Assembly: GCA_038123275.1 (NCBI GenBank)
Contig: JAYORG010000001.1
Location: 66,710 to 130,709, forward strand
DNA: 64,000 bases
Direction: 5' to 3'
DNA from: Rickettsiales bacterium
Lineage (GTDB): Bacteria; Pseudomonadota; Alphaproteobacteria; Rickettsiales; UBA1997
The notes below the pieces were generated by a model, which was given only the letters and a program-made list of their open reading frames with translations, ran no database searches and had not been told where the DNA came from. Shown in pieces: positions 21,682 to 29,718 of this stretch. Each line of letters begins with the position of its first letter. Within the stretch, counting starts at the first letter, position 1. A program made the translations under genes and the position numbers.

Positions 21682-21787
21682 AGACTTCTTTCAAAACTGT
21701 AGTAGTTTGATTTTTATTAAATTTATGCCAAAATTTAATCAAAAGCAAGCTGCTACAGTTTTATCTTGTCAGTTTCGAAAGAAGTCT
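21682..21787. repeat. Long-range inverted repeat downstream of rnj
   Basis: agacttctttc+aaaactgtag (21682-21702) pairs with ctacagtttt (21753-21762) and gaaagaagtct (21777-21787). Confidence 0.5.
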
Positions 21788-21817
21788 ATTGTTAATAATC
21801 AAAATAAAATTTATAAA

Positions 21818-22369
21818 ATGAAAAATTTAACAAATTCAATTTTAGAATTTTGGTTTAGTGATGAGATAAAATCAAAATGGTTTTCTGGTAGTGCAGATTT
21901 TGATGAAGAAATAAAATTAAAATTTTTAGATGACTATAATTTTGTTAAAAATCAGTCAATTGATGAGCTTACTAAGGATAAAAAAGTTGGTCAAATTTTA
22001 GCTCGTATTATTATCTTAGATCAATTTTCAAGAAATATGTTTCGCGGTTCCCCTCAAGCCTTTGCTACTGACAATAAAGCTTTATCCCTAACTAAATTTA
22101 TTCTTAATAACAACATGGATAAAGACATAACCAATAATGAAATGAGGTTTATTTATATGCCTTTAATGCATAGTGAAAATTTGGCAGATCAAGAATTATG
22201 TATAGATTTATTTAAAAAATTAGGTGATAAACAGTCAGAGGATTATGCAATTAGGCATAAAGTTATTATTGAAGAATTTGGTCGTTTTCCGCACAGAAAC
22301 AAAATATTGCAAAGAAAGTCAACTGCTGCAGAATTAGAATTTTTAAAACAACCAAACTCATCTTTTTAA
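21818..22369 (+). CDS. DUF924 family protein
   Basis: ILDQFSRNMFRG, YMPLMHSE and EEFGRFPHRNKILQRKST motifs. The start is taken at M38 of the track ORF. Confidence 0.8.
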   Translation: MKNLTNSILEFWFSDEIKSKWFSGSADFDEEIKLKFLDDYNFVKNQSIDELTKDKKVGQILARIIILDQFSRNMFRGSPQAFATDNKALSLTKFILNNNMDKDITNNEMRFIYMPLMHSENLADQELCIDLFKKLGDKQSEDYAIRHKVIIEEFGRFPHRNKILQRKSTAAELEFLKQPNSSF

Positions 22370-22374
22370 GGGAT

Positions 22375-23553
22375 ATGAAAAGGAAGAAAATATCAATTTT
22401 TGGATCAAGTGGTAGTATTGGTAAAAGTACTATTGAGGTTTTAAAAAATAACTTAGATGCTTATGAGATAGTGGCTTTAGTAGTAAATAATAACGTTGAG
22501 GCCTTAATTTCACAGGCGAAATTACTAATTCCAACTTATGCTATTATAAGAAATGAATCTTATTATGAAGAAGTTAAAGAAGCTTTAAAAGATTATCCAA
22601 CAATTGAAGTTAAAAGCGGACAAGAGGCAATTAATAAAATAGCTCGAGTTAAGTGCGATTTATTTATTTGTGCAATTGTCGGTTTATCGGCTTTAAAACC
22701 AACTATCAACGCTATTAAAGTAGGGTCTAATATTGGTCTTGCTAATAAAGAATGTTTAGTTGCTGCTGGAGATATAATGATAAGAGAAGCTAAAAGAAAT
22801 AAGGTTAAATTAATTCCAATTGATTCAGAACATAATGCTATTTTCCAAATTTATGAACGTAAGAATCTCAAATTAATAGATAGTATTACCTTAACTGCTT
22901 CTGGTGGTCCATTTTTTAGAATGGCTAAAAAAAATCTAAAAAATATTACCAAAGAACAGGCAATTAAACATCCAAATTGGTCAATGGGAGCCAAAATATC
23001 AGTTGATAGTGCTACTATTATGAATAAGGCGTTAGAGATGATTGAGGCTTATCGATTATTTCCAGTTAATATAGATCAAATTAAAGTAGTAATACATCCG
23101 GAGTCAATAATTCATGGTTTAGTTGACTACCAAGATGGCTCGACATTATCTATGATGAGTATTCCTGATATGAAAGTGCCTATTTCTTATGCAATTGGGT
23201 ACCCTAAAAGGATTAAAATTAAATATCAAAAGTTAGATTTAGCAAAAATAAGATCACTTAATTTTTTTAAAGCTAGGGAAGAAAAATTTACTGCTTTAAA
23301 ATTAGCTAGAAGGGCTTTAAAAATTGGTGGTAATGCTCCAGCAGTTTTAAATGCTGCTAATGAGGTTGCAGTTGCAAGGTTTTTAAATGGTGAAATATTA
23401 TTTACAGATATTCTTAAAATAAATATGGAAGTTTTGAAAAAAGTTCCCTATTATGACATTCATTCTTTAGAGGATGTTTTGCAATTTGATCAAGAGGCCA
23501 GAGTAATGGCTCAAAATCTATTAAAAAAAGATGGAACTACTATCACTAATTAG
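22375..23553 (+). CDS. dxr: 1-deoxy-D-xylulose 5-phosphate reductoisomerase
   Basis: ISIFGSSGSIGKST, LANKE, PIDSEHNAIFQ and HPNWSMG motifs. Confidence 0.95.
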   Translation: MKRKKISIFGSSGSIGKSTIEVLKNNLDAYEIVALVVNNNVEALISQAKLLIPTYAIIRNESYYEEVKEALKDYPTIEVKSGQEAINKIARVKCDLFICAIVGLSALKPTINAIKVGSNIGLANKECLVAAGDIMIREAKRNKVKLIPIDSEHNAIFQIYERKNLKLIDSITLTASGGPFFRMAKKNLKNITKEQAIKHPNWSMGAKISVDSATIMNKALEMIEAYRLFPVNIDQIKVVIHPESIIHGLVDYQDGSTLSMMSIPDMKVPISYAIGYPKRIKIKYQKLDLAKIRSLNFFKAREEKFTALKLARRALKIGGNAPAVLNAANEVAVARFLNGEILFTDILKINMEVLKKVPYYDIHSLEDVLQFDQEARVMAQNLLKKDGTTITN

Positions 23554-24640
23554 CCATAACCTAATTTCTTTTATTCTAATTTTAACGGTAATCGTATTTG
23601 TTCATGAATTTGGGCATTACTTTGTTGCACGTAAATGTGGTGTTAAAATTGACGAATTTGCTATTGGTTTTGGCAAAGAATTATTTGGTTTTAATGACAA
23701 AAATGGTACTAGATGGAAATTTTGTTTATTACCATTTGGTGGTTATGTTAAGATGTTTGGCGACCGCAATCCTGCATCAATTGCTGATGGGCAAAAGATA
23801 AAAAAGATGACACAAAAAGAAAAGAAAGTTTCTTTTTATTTTCAAAATGTTTACAAAAGAATGGCCATAGTTTTGGCTGGACCTATTGCTAATTTTATTT
23901 TAGCAGTTTTTCTTTTCGCTATTATCTTTAGAATTCAAGGTGTTACGACTGTTTTGCCAATAGTAGATGAGTTGGTTAAAGATGGTGCAGCAATAGAGGT
24001 TGGGTTAAAAAAGGGTGATGAAATTATTAAAATACAAGATAAGAAAATTTCTAATTTTTATCAAATTCAAGAAATAATTTATCGCAGTGCTGATAAAGAA
24101 TTAGAAATTTTAATTAAAAGAGGTGAGGAAGAAATTCTATTTAATTTAACTCCAAAAGCTTCAATTTCTAAAGATTTTTTTGGTAAAGAAATTAAAGTTG
24201 GCATGATTGGTGTTCAGGCTGGTCAGTATAAATATGAGAAACTAAATTTAACTCAGTCTTTTTTAAGAGCCAATAAAGAAACTTACAATTTATCAATTGC
24301 AATTTTAGATGCTATTGGTGACCTTATCATTGGCAAAAGAAGTGTAAAAGAATTAGGGGGGCCAGTTAAAATTGCTGAGTATTCAGGTAAATCAGTAGAG
24401 AAAGGATTCATTGTAGTTTTGTGGTTTATGGCTATGATCTCTATTAATCTTGGCGTGCTCAATCTTCTTCCTTTGCCTATTTTAGATGGTGGTCATTTCT
24501 TTTATTATGTAATTGAAGCCATTAAAGGCAAACCACTACCTGAAAAAATACAGCAATATGGTTTTCAAGTAGGGTTTGCCCTTATTTTAACCTTAATGCT
24601 ATTTACTACTTACAATGACATTACAGGGCTCTTTAACTAA
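23531..24640 (+). CDS. rseP: RIP metalloprotease RseP (M50)
   Basis: HEFGHYFVAR (HExxH), a PDZ-like middle region and NLLPLPILDGGH. Confidence 0.9.
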   Translation: MELLSLISHNLISFILILTVIVFVHEFGHYFVARKCGVKIDEFAIGFGKELFGFNDKNGTRWKFCLLPFGGYVKMFGDRNPASIADGQKIKKMTQKEKKVSFYFQNVYKRMAIVLAGPIANFILAVFLFAIIFRIQGVTTVLPIVDELVKDGAAIEVGLKKGDEIIKIQDKKISNFYQIQEIIYRSADKELEILIKRGEEEILFNLTPKASISKDFFGKEIKVGMIGVQAGQYKYEKLNLTQSFLRANKETYNLSIAILDAIGDLIIGKRSVKELGGPVKIAEYSGKSVEKGFIVVLWFMAMISINLGVLNLLPLPILDGGHFFYYVIEAIKGKPLPEKIQQYGFQVGFALILTLMLFTTYNDITGLFN

Positions 24641-24664
24641 TTATTAACTTTAAATAAAACTAAA

Positions 24665-24964
24665 ATGACTGATATCGTAAATCAAGAAACTGCCGATCAA
24701 TTAAAAAGATATGTTGAAACAATTGAAAATTATGAAGCTGAAAAAAAAGAAATTTCTGAAAGATTAAAAGAGGTTTATGATGAGGCTAAATCAACTGGTT
24801 TTGATCTGAAAACTATTCGTACTTTAATTAAAATTAGAAAAGCCGATCAAGAAAAATTACAAGAAGAAGAATATTTGCTAGAAACTTACAAAGAAGCTCT
24901 TGGTATGATAAGTAAAGAGCCAGAAGCTCCAAAAGAAGAGTATCTAGTTGCTGCCGAAGGTTAG
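24665..24964 (+). CDS. gapR: GapR/DUF2312 (UPF0335) nucleoid-associated protein
   Basis: QLKRYVETIENYEAEKKEISERLKEVYDEAKSTGFDLKTIRTLIKIRK. Confidence 0.8.
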   Translation: MTDIVNQETADQLKRYVETIENYEAEKKEISERLKEVYDEAKSTGFDLKTIRTLIKIRKADQEKLQEEEYLLETYKEALGMISKEPEAPKEEYLVAAEG

Positions 24965-24988
24965 TTTTTGACAGTTCGAGATTAATGA

Positions 24989-25025
24989 CTAAATATCTAC
25001 TAACTTTTAGTTAGTAGATATTTAG
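24989..25025 (+). terminator. 17-bp perfect hairpin after gapR (no U-tract)
   Basis: ctaaatatctactaact / agttagtagatatttag with a 3-nt loop. Confidence 0.35.
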
Positions 25026-25063
25026 CTTCAACCCTTCAATAACATCCATTAAGAAATTACAAT

Positions 25064-25483
25064 ATGTCAAAAAGATCAATATCAGAAGAATTAGAGCATT
25101 CAAACAAGAAAAGTAAAATAGATTTAAAGAAGGATTCAGATTCTGTAGAAGTTGTTAGTGATTCAGATATAGGAAGTCAGACAAATATCAGTGATGAAAA
25201 AGAGCAAAAGCAAAATATGTGGAAATTATTTGATGATGAAAATAAAGGCAATATACAAGATAAATCCTTAGCTATTATTCATAAAGGAGAAACCCTGTAC
25301 AGTAATGTAATTGGGGTGGATATGGATACTGGATGGGGTTGTATTACTCCAGATACTCCAGAAGAAGTTTTGGGTTTATTTACAACTGGAGTTGATGGAT
25401 GCACAGTTGTAATATTAAGCAGCCCTGATAACAGATATATATATCTATGTCTCATGATTCAGAAGTTGGTGATGATGAAATAG
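25064..25483 (+). CDS. Hypothetical protein, 5' part of a gene interrupted at an (AT)5 tract
   Basis: Basic N-terminus (KRSISEELEHSNKKSKIDLKK). The frame terminates shortly after the atatatatat tract at 25435-25444. Confidence 0.55.
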   Translation: MSKRSISEELEHSNKKSKIDLKKDSDSVEVVSDSDIGSQTNISDEKEQKQNMWKLFDDENKGNIQDKSLAIIHKGETLYSNVIGVDMDTGWGCITPDTPEEVLGLFTTGVDGCTVVILSSPDNRYIYLCLMIQKLVMMK

Positions 25484-25896
25484 AGGCAGGGATTAATAGG
25501 ATAAAAGATTTAAGTAATCAAGATGTCGTAATTTTTAAAGTTGCTGCTAATTTAGCTGAGGAGAGGAGAAATAAAGTTGAAGAGGCAGCTAGAGAGTATA
25601 ATGTGACTGCAGAAGAACTATTAAAAAATGATAAATGGATGCAAGAAATTGAAGAAGAAATGCAAGAGAGAGTTGATGAATTGGAGGAGTTAATGGAAGA
25701 TTATAATGGCGCGGATCCAATAATTGAAATACAAAAACATGGTAAAATTTGCATAACAAGAAATGGCGAAGTTGATTTATTTCCTGGCATGCAAGAAGAT
25801 AATATAAAACATAATATAATTCCGTCTCAATCAATTGAGGCAAAAGAAACAAAGGCATTAAGTAGTGCTAAGTCATCTAGTTTAGGTAAAGGTTAA
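25447..25896 (+). CDS. Hypothetical protein, 3' part of the same interrupted gene
   Basis: Overlaps the previous ORF in another frame. Removing one AT unit joins the two as ...DNRYISMSHDSEV... Confidence 0.55.
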   Translation: MSHDSEVGDDEIEAGINRIKDLSNQDVVIFKVAANLAEERRNKVEEAAREYNVTAEELLKNDKWMQEIEEEMQERVDELEELMEDYNGADPIIEIQKHGKICITRNGEVDLFPGMQEDNIKHNIIPSQSIEAKETKALSSAKSSSLGKG

Positions 25897-25954
25897 ATAA
25901 TAATATTTACCAGTTTTATTTATCATTTTGGATTTTTTAAAAATTTTGTCTTAA

Positions 25955-27760
25955 TTAGACGGAGTCTTTAATCTTTTGAGCAATTTTTTCCCCAATACCA
26001 TCAATCCTACATAAATCTTTAATGGAAGCATCTTTAATCGCTTCAATTGATCCAAAGTGATTTAAAAGAAGTTTTTTCCTTTCCTTACCAATATCTAAAA
26101 TTGTATCTAAGCGTGATTTACTAATTGATTTAGCTCTTTTTTGTCTGTGAGTTGTTATGGCAAAACGATGTGCTTCATCTCTTAAATTTTGTAAATAATA
26201 CATTATTGGGTCATCTTTTTTTAGGGTAAAACTTTTTTTACCAACTTGGTGAAAATACTCTTCTCCAGCATTTCTTTTTTTACCTTTTGAGATACAGACA
26301 TATTCTTGGTTTTTAATTCCCAATTGATAAAAAACCTCTTTGGCTATATTTAATTGTGTTTTTCCTCCATCTAATATTACTAAGTCAGGTTTAATATTAT
26401 TGCTGTCTTTTAATCTTTTGAAGCGTCTTGTTAAAACTTGCTTCATCATGCTTAAATCATCTCCGGGTGTAACATCTTTATTGGAAATATTAAATTTACG
26501 ATAAGAATTTTTAATAAATCCATCTATTCCGGCTGTAATCATGGCGCCAATCATATTGGTGCCACTAATATGGCTATTGTCGTAAACTTCTATTCTTTTG
26601 GGTATTTCACTTAAATTAAATAAGTTTTTTAATTCGACTAGCCTAGATTTATTGCTCATATTTTGATTAATACGAGTTTGTAATTCTTGATTGGCAATTT
26701 TAAGTTGGTCTTTTGTAAGGTTAAATTTTATTCCTTTTTGTGGCGTAGTAATAGTAACATTATTTTGGCTTAAATCTTTTAAAAATTCTTCAATTACGTC
26801 TTTTTTATCAATATTAATATTTAAAATAATATTGGTTGGGGGTATTTCATTTAGATAAAATTGTGACATAAAATTAGAGATAATATCTTTGTCTAAATCG
26901 TCCTTATTAATATTAATAAAATATGGTTTTGAGCCATAATTATATCCAGATCTATAAAATGAAATATAAGCGCAGGCTAAATTATTTTTGCGAGTTAAGG
27001 TTATTATGTCACTATTTCCTAATTCTTGAATATTAATATTTTGTTTATTTTGAATTGAGGAAATAGCTTTAATTCTATCTCTTATAATTGCAGCTTTTTC
27101 ATAATCAAATTTTTTACTTAAGTGATCCATTTTTTTGGCCAATTCTTCTTGGATCTTATTATTTTTACCTCTTAAAAAATTAAGAGCCTCATTAATTAAT
27201 TCTTGATATTTGCTTTTGGAAATAAAGTTAACGCATGGTGCGCTACATCTTTTAATTTGATATTCTAGGCAAGGTTTATTTCTATTTTTAAATTCGCTAT
27301 TTGAGCAGCTTCTAAGTAAAAAACTCTTTTTTAGCACATCAATAGTTTGATCAACATGATAGCCACTAGCAAATGGTCCAAAGTAGTAGTTTTGTTTATT
27401 TTTTTTACCACGATGTTTGGAAATTTTACCAAAATCTTCTCTGCTAACTTCAATGTAAGGAAATGTTTTGCCGTCGCGAAGTAATATGTTGTAACGTGGC
27501 ATTAATTTTTTAATTACATTACATTCAAGTAATAAGGCTTCTGATTCTTTTAGGGTTTGAATTATTTCGATAGAATCAGCCAAAGAAGTCATTTTCTTAA
27601 TTCTGATATTAAGAAGATTTTCCTTCGTGTAACTTGATAACCTTTTTCTTAAATTTTTAGCTTTTCCCACATAAAGGGCTTTGTGATTTTTATCAAAGAA
27701 CTGATAAACTCCTGGAGAATTTGGTGCTTTAGAGATTTGTTTTTTTAGTTCTTCTTTCAT
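25955..27760 (-). CDS. uvrC: Excinuclease ABC subunit C
   Basis: GIY-YIG start (PGVYQFFDKNHKALYVGKAKNLRKR), EAHRFAIT and a C-terminal HhH (IDGIGEKIAQKI). Confidence 0.95.
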   Translation of the reverse strand: MKEELKKQISKAPNSPGVYQFFDKNHKALYVGKAKNLRKRLSSYTKENLLNIRIKKMTSLADSIEIIQTLKESEALLLECNVIKKLMPRYNILLRDGKTFPYIEVSREDFGKISKHRGKKNKQNYYFGPFASGYHVDQTIDVLKKSFLLRSCSNSEFKNRNKPCLEYQIKRCSAPCVNFISKSKYQELINEALNFLRGKNNKIQEELAKKMDHLSKKFDYEKAAIIRDRIKAISSIQNKQNINIQELGNSDIITLTRKNNLACAYISFYRSGYNYGSKPYFININKDDLDKDIISNFMSQFYLNEIPPTNIILNINIDKKDVIEEFLKDLSQNNVTITTPQKGIKFNLTKDQLKIANQELQTRINQNMSNKSRLVELKNLFNLSEIPKRIEVYDNSHISGTNMIGAMITAGIDGFIKNSYRKFNISNKDVTPGDDLSMMKQVLTRRFKRLKDSNNIKPDLVILDGGKTQLNIAKEVFYQLGIKNQEYVCISKGKKRNAGEEYFHQVGKKSFTLKKDDPIMYYLQNLRDEAHRFAITTHRQKRAKSISKSRLDTILDIGKERKKLLLNHFGSIEAIKDASIKDLCRIDGIGEKIAQKIKDSV

Positions 27761-27763
27761 TAA

Positions 27764-27958
27764 TTATGTCTTAAATCTTTTTTCAACTGCTTCAACCTCT
27801 TGTTTAGTATGGATCATAATATCTTTAATACAAGATATAAGCTTGTCAGTTTTTTCAAGCTCACTAGGATGCAATAATTTAGTTTCTATTGATATTTTAT
27901 GTAATTCTTCAATAAATTTATAAGCGGATTTTTCAAGTGATGATATATTTTGTGACAT
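27764..27958 (-). CDS. Small hypothetical protein (64 aa from the ATG at 27958)
   Basis: ORF only. The longer track version (to 27994) would run into the tRNA-like element. Confidence 0.35.
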   Translation of the reverse strand: MSQNISSLEKSAYKFIEELHKISIETKLLHPSELEKTDKLISCIKDIMIHTKQEVEAVEKRFKT

Positions 27959-27985
27959 GATTTTGTGAATTCTAGTTATTAAAAT

Positions 27986-28058
27986 TGGTGCCAAGGGAAA
28001 GTAACGAATCTACAAACTAGACTAACTGCGTCATTACAGCGCAGCCCTTCCCCTTGAC
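27986..28058 (-). ncRNA. tRNA-like / minihelix-like structured element ending in ACCA (possible degenerate ssrA or tRNA remnant)
   Basis: On the minus strand, 5' GUCAAGGGGAAG pairs with CUUUCCCUUGGC over 12 bp (two G-U pairs) and is followed by ACCA. There is an internal CUGCG/CGCAG hairpin and a UUCGUUA T-loop-like heptamer. It sits in a 340-nt ORF-free gap. Confidence 0.25.
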
Positions 28059-28279
28059 ATAACTAGATTAAACATAATCAAGAATATGTAAGCACTTTAT
28101 AACGCTATGCCAAGGCGGTTTGTGGACTCGTTAAATCCATTAATAAGCTAAAATTGAAAATAGTTCTAAGTCAAACCATATCAATAACATAGCCTTAAAT
28201 TGTGTCATTTTGAAAGTTTTATTAAAAAATACAAGGGGATTTTATTAAATGGTTGTTTTCTTTTACTTTACGGATTCTT

Positions 28280-28339
28280 TTATGCTTATGTAAGGTAAAA
28301 TCTAAAAACAATTAATAATTGTTTTTTTAACGATTTTAC
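28280..28339 (-). repeat. Copy 1 of a ~60-nt palindromic intergenic element (inverted relative to copy 2)
   Basis: gtaaaatc-taaaaacaattaataattgttttt-ttaac-gattttac plus the flank cttacataagcataa (reverse complement). Overlaps the stop codon of the 95-aa gene. Confidence 0.6.
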
Positions 28340-28623
28340 TCCATTTCAAAGATGCGTTTTTTATTGGTTTCTAAATCTAGAACTTCCAATCTAGTTCCAT
28401 TAAAAGAACTTTCAATTTCTAACACTTCAACATCATGATAGCTATCTGTACTCCAATCAAAAATAGTAATTTCTAAATTTTCTCTAACTAAATTACCATC
28501 ACCAATATCAATTGAGGTATTATTATCATAATCAAAACCACTCCAGGCAAAAGCATTTGTGGTTAATAGAACTAATAATAGTAATATGGTTGCTAGTTTG
28601 GATTTTGAGAAAAACATTGACAT
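28336..28623 (-). CDS. Small secreted hypothetical protein (95 aa)
   Basis: Signal peptide KLATILLLLVLLTTNAFA and an acidic mature part. Confidence 0.6.
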   Translation of the reverse strand: MSMFFSKSKLATILLLLVLLTTNAFAWSGFDYDNNTSIDIGDGNLVRENLEITIFDWSTDSYHDVEVLEIESSFNGTRLEVLDLETNKKRIFEME

Positions 28624-28749
28624 TTTTTAAGTTTGTGGTTTGATATGCGTGGGTTATTAACCTTAATTATTGGTTAGTAATATCTTCCTTTTTTAAGAAA
28701 CTAGCTAATATTGAATTAATGTCAAATTAATTTAGAGTTCTGTTTCACT

Positions 28750-28826
28750 CGGGGCGTGGCGCAGTCTGGTAGCGCACCTGGTTTGGGACCAGGGGGCCGG
28801 AGGTTCGAATCCTCTCGCCCCGACCA
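28750..28826 (+). tRNA. tRNA-Pro (anticodon UGG), CCA encoded
   Basis: Cloverleaf CGGGGCG-TG-GCGC-AGTCTGGTA-GCGC-A-CCTGG-TTTGGGA-CCAGG-GGGCC-GGAGG-TTCGAAT-CCTCT-CGCCCCG-A-CCA. Confidence 0.95.
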
Positions 28827-28857
28827 GCTTTTCCAATATTAGGTAATTTAAAAGCTT

Positions 28858-29238
28858 ATGAAGATTCAAACTATTAAAAAAAGATCAGAATTTTTAGCTA
28901 TTTTTAAAAAGAATATTTCTTATTACTCAAAATCTACCCTTATTTTAGCTAAAGAAACTCCAGAAATTTATTTAGAAGATCAACATAAAGATTTTTGTCG
29001 TGTTGGCTACACAGTTACCAAGAAAATAGGAAATGCTGTTGTAAGAAATAAATGCAAAAGAAGATATCGTGAAATTTTTCGTGAACTTGCTCCAAAATTA
29101 GCTCAAAATAATTTTGATTACTCTTTTTTAGCACGAAAAGAGATATTAAATAAAGATTTTAGTAAAATAAAAGCAGATGTAGAATTTTGCCTTAAAGGTA
29201 TTAAAAGAAAAATAAAAAATCCTAATGAGTCAAAATAA
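28858..29238 (+). CDS. rnpA: Ribonuclease P protein component
   Basis: KKRSEFLAIFKK..VGYTVTKKIGNAVVRNKCKRRYREIFR. Confidence 0.9.
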   Translation: MKIQTIKKRSEFLAIFKKNISYYSKSTLILAKETPEIYLEDQHKDFCRVGYTVTKKIGNAVVRNKCKRRYREIFRELAPKLAQNNFDYSFLARKEILNKDFSKIKADVEFCLKGIKRKIKNPNESK

Positions 29239-29716
29239 CAATAAGCCAAAAAAATCCAAGATTCCCTACATATTTGTAGCTTTTTTTGCTACTTTTATTA
29301 TTGCTGACATATGTTTTATATATATTGCCAATAAGACATGGCGTGGCACTGTAACTGAAGATTCTTACGAGAAAGGTAGAAAATACAATAAAATTTTGCT
29401 TAATAATCAGAAGCAAAAAGATTTAGGATGGAGTGGTAAAATTAATTACAAGGCAATTTCCACTAAGAAATCTTTAATAATTTTTGATTTAAAAGATCAA
29501 AATAATAAAATTATTAAGAACGCTAAAATTAAACTAAAATTAGTGAGACCAACACAAACAGGATATGATTTTGATGAGGAATTAATTTTTAATTTAAACA
29601 AAAATAATTACCAAAAAACAATTAATTTTCCCTTAATAGGTTTGTGGAAAGTTGAAGTACAAGCTTTTGTAAAAGATGAGGTTTTTCAATATGTTAAGAG
29701 AATCGTAATTGATTAG
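29225..29716 (+). CDS. FixH-like membrane protein
   Basis: N-terminal TM helix, then WRGTVTEDSYEKGRKYN...QKDLGWSG. Lies immediately upstream of fixI. Confidence 0.7.
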   Translation: MSQNNNKPKKSKIPYIFVAFFATFIIADICFIYIANKTWRGTVTEDSYEKGRKYNKILLNNQKQKDLGWSGKINYKAISTKKSLIIFDLKDQNNKIIKNAKIKLKLVRPTQTGYDFDEELIFNLNKNNYQKTINFPLIGLWKVEVQAFVKDEVFQYVKRIVID

Positions 29717-29718
29717 TT

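Noticed and set aside
27986-28335. Calling the whole 340-nt gap a confident two-piece (permuted) tmRNA gene
   Set aside because: The size and lineage fit. However, I found no G3:U70 pair, only a weak T-stem, no tag reading frame ending in ..LAA, and the 5'-like and 3'-like pieces appear on opposite strands. It is kept only as a low-confidence structured element.
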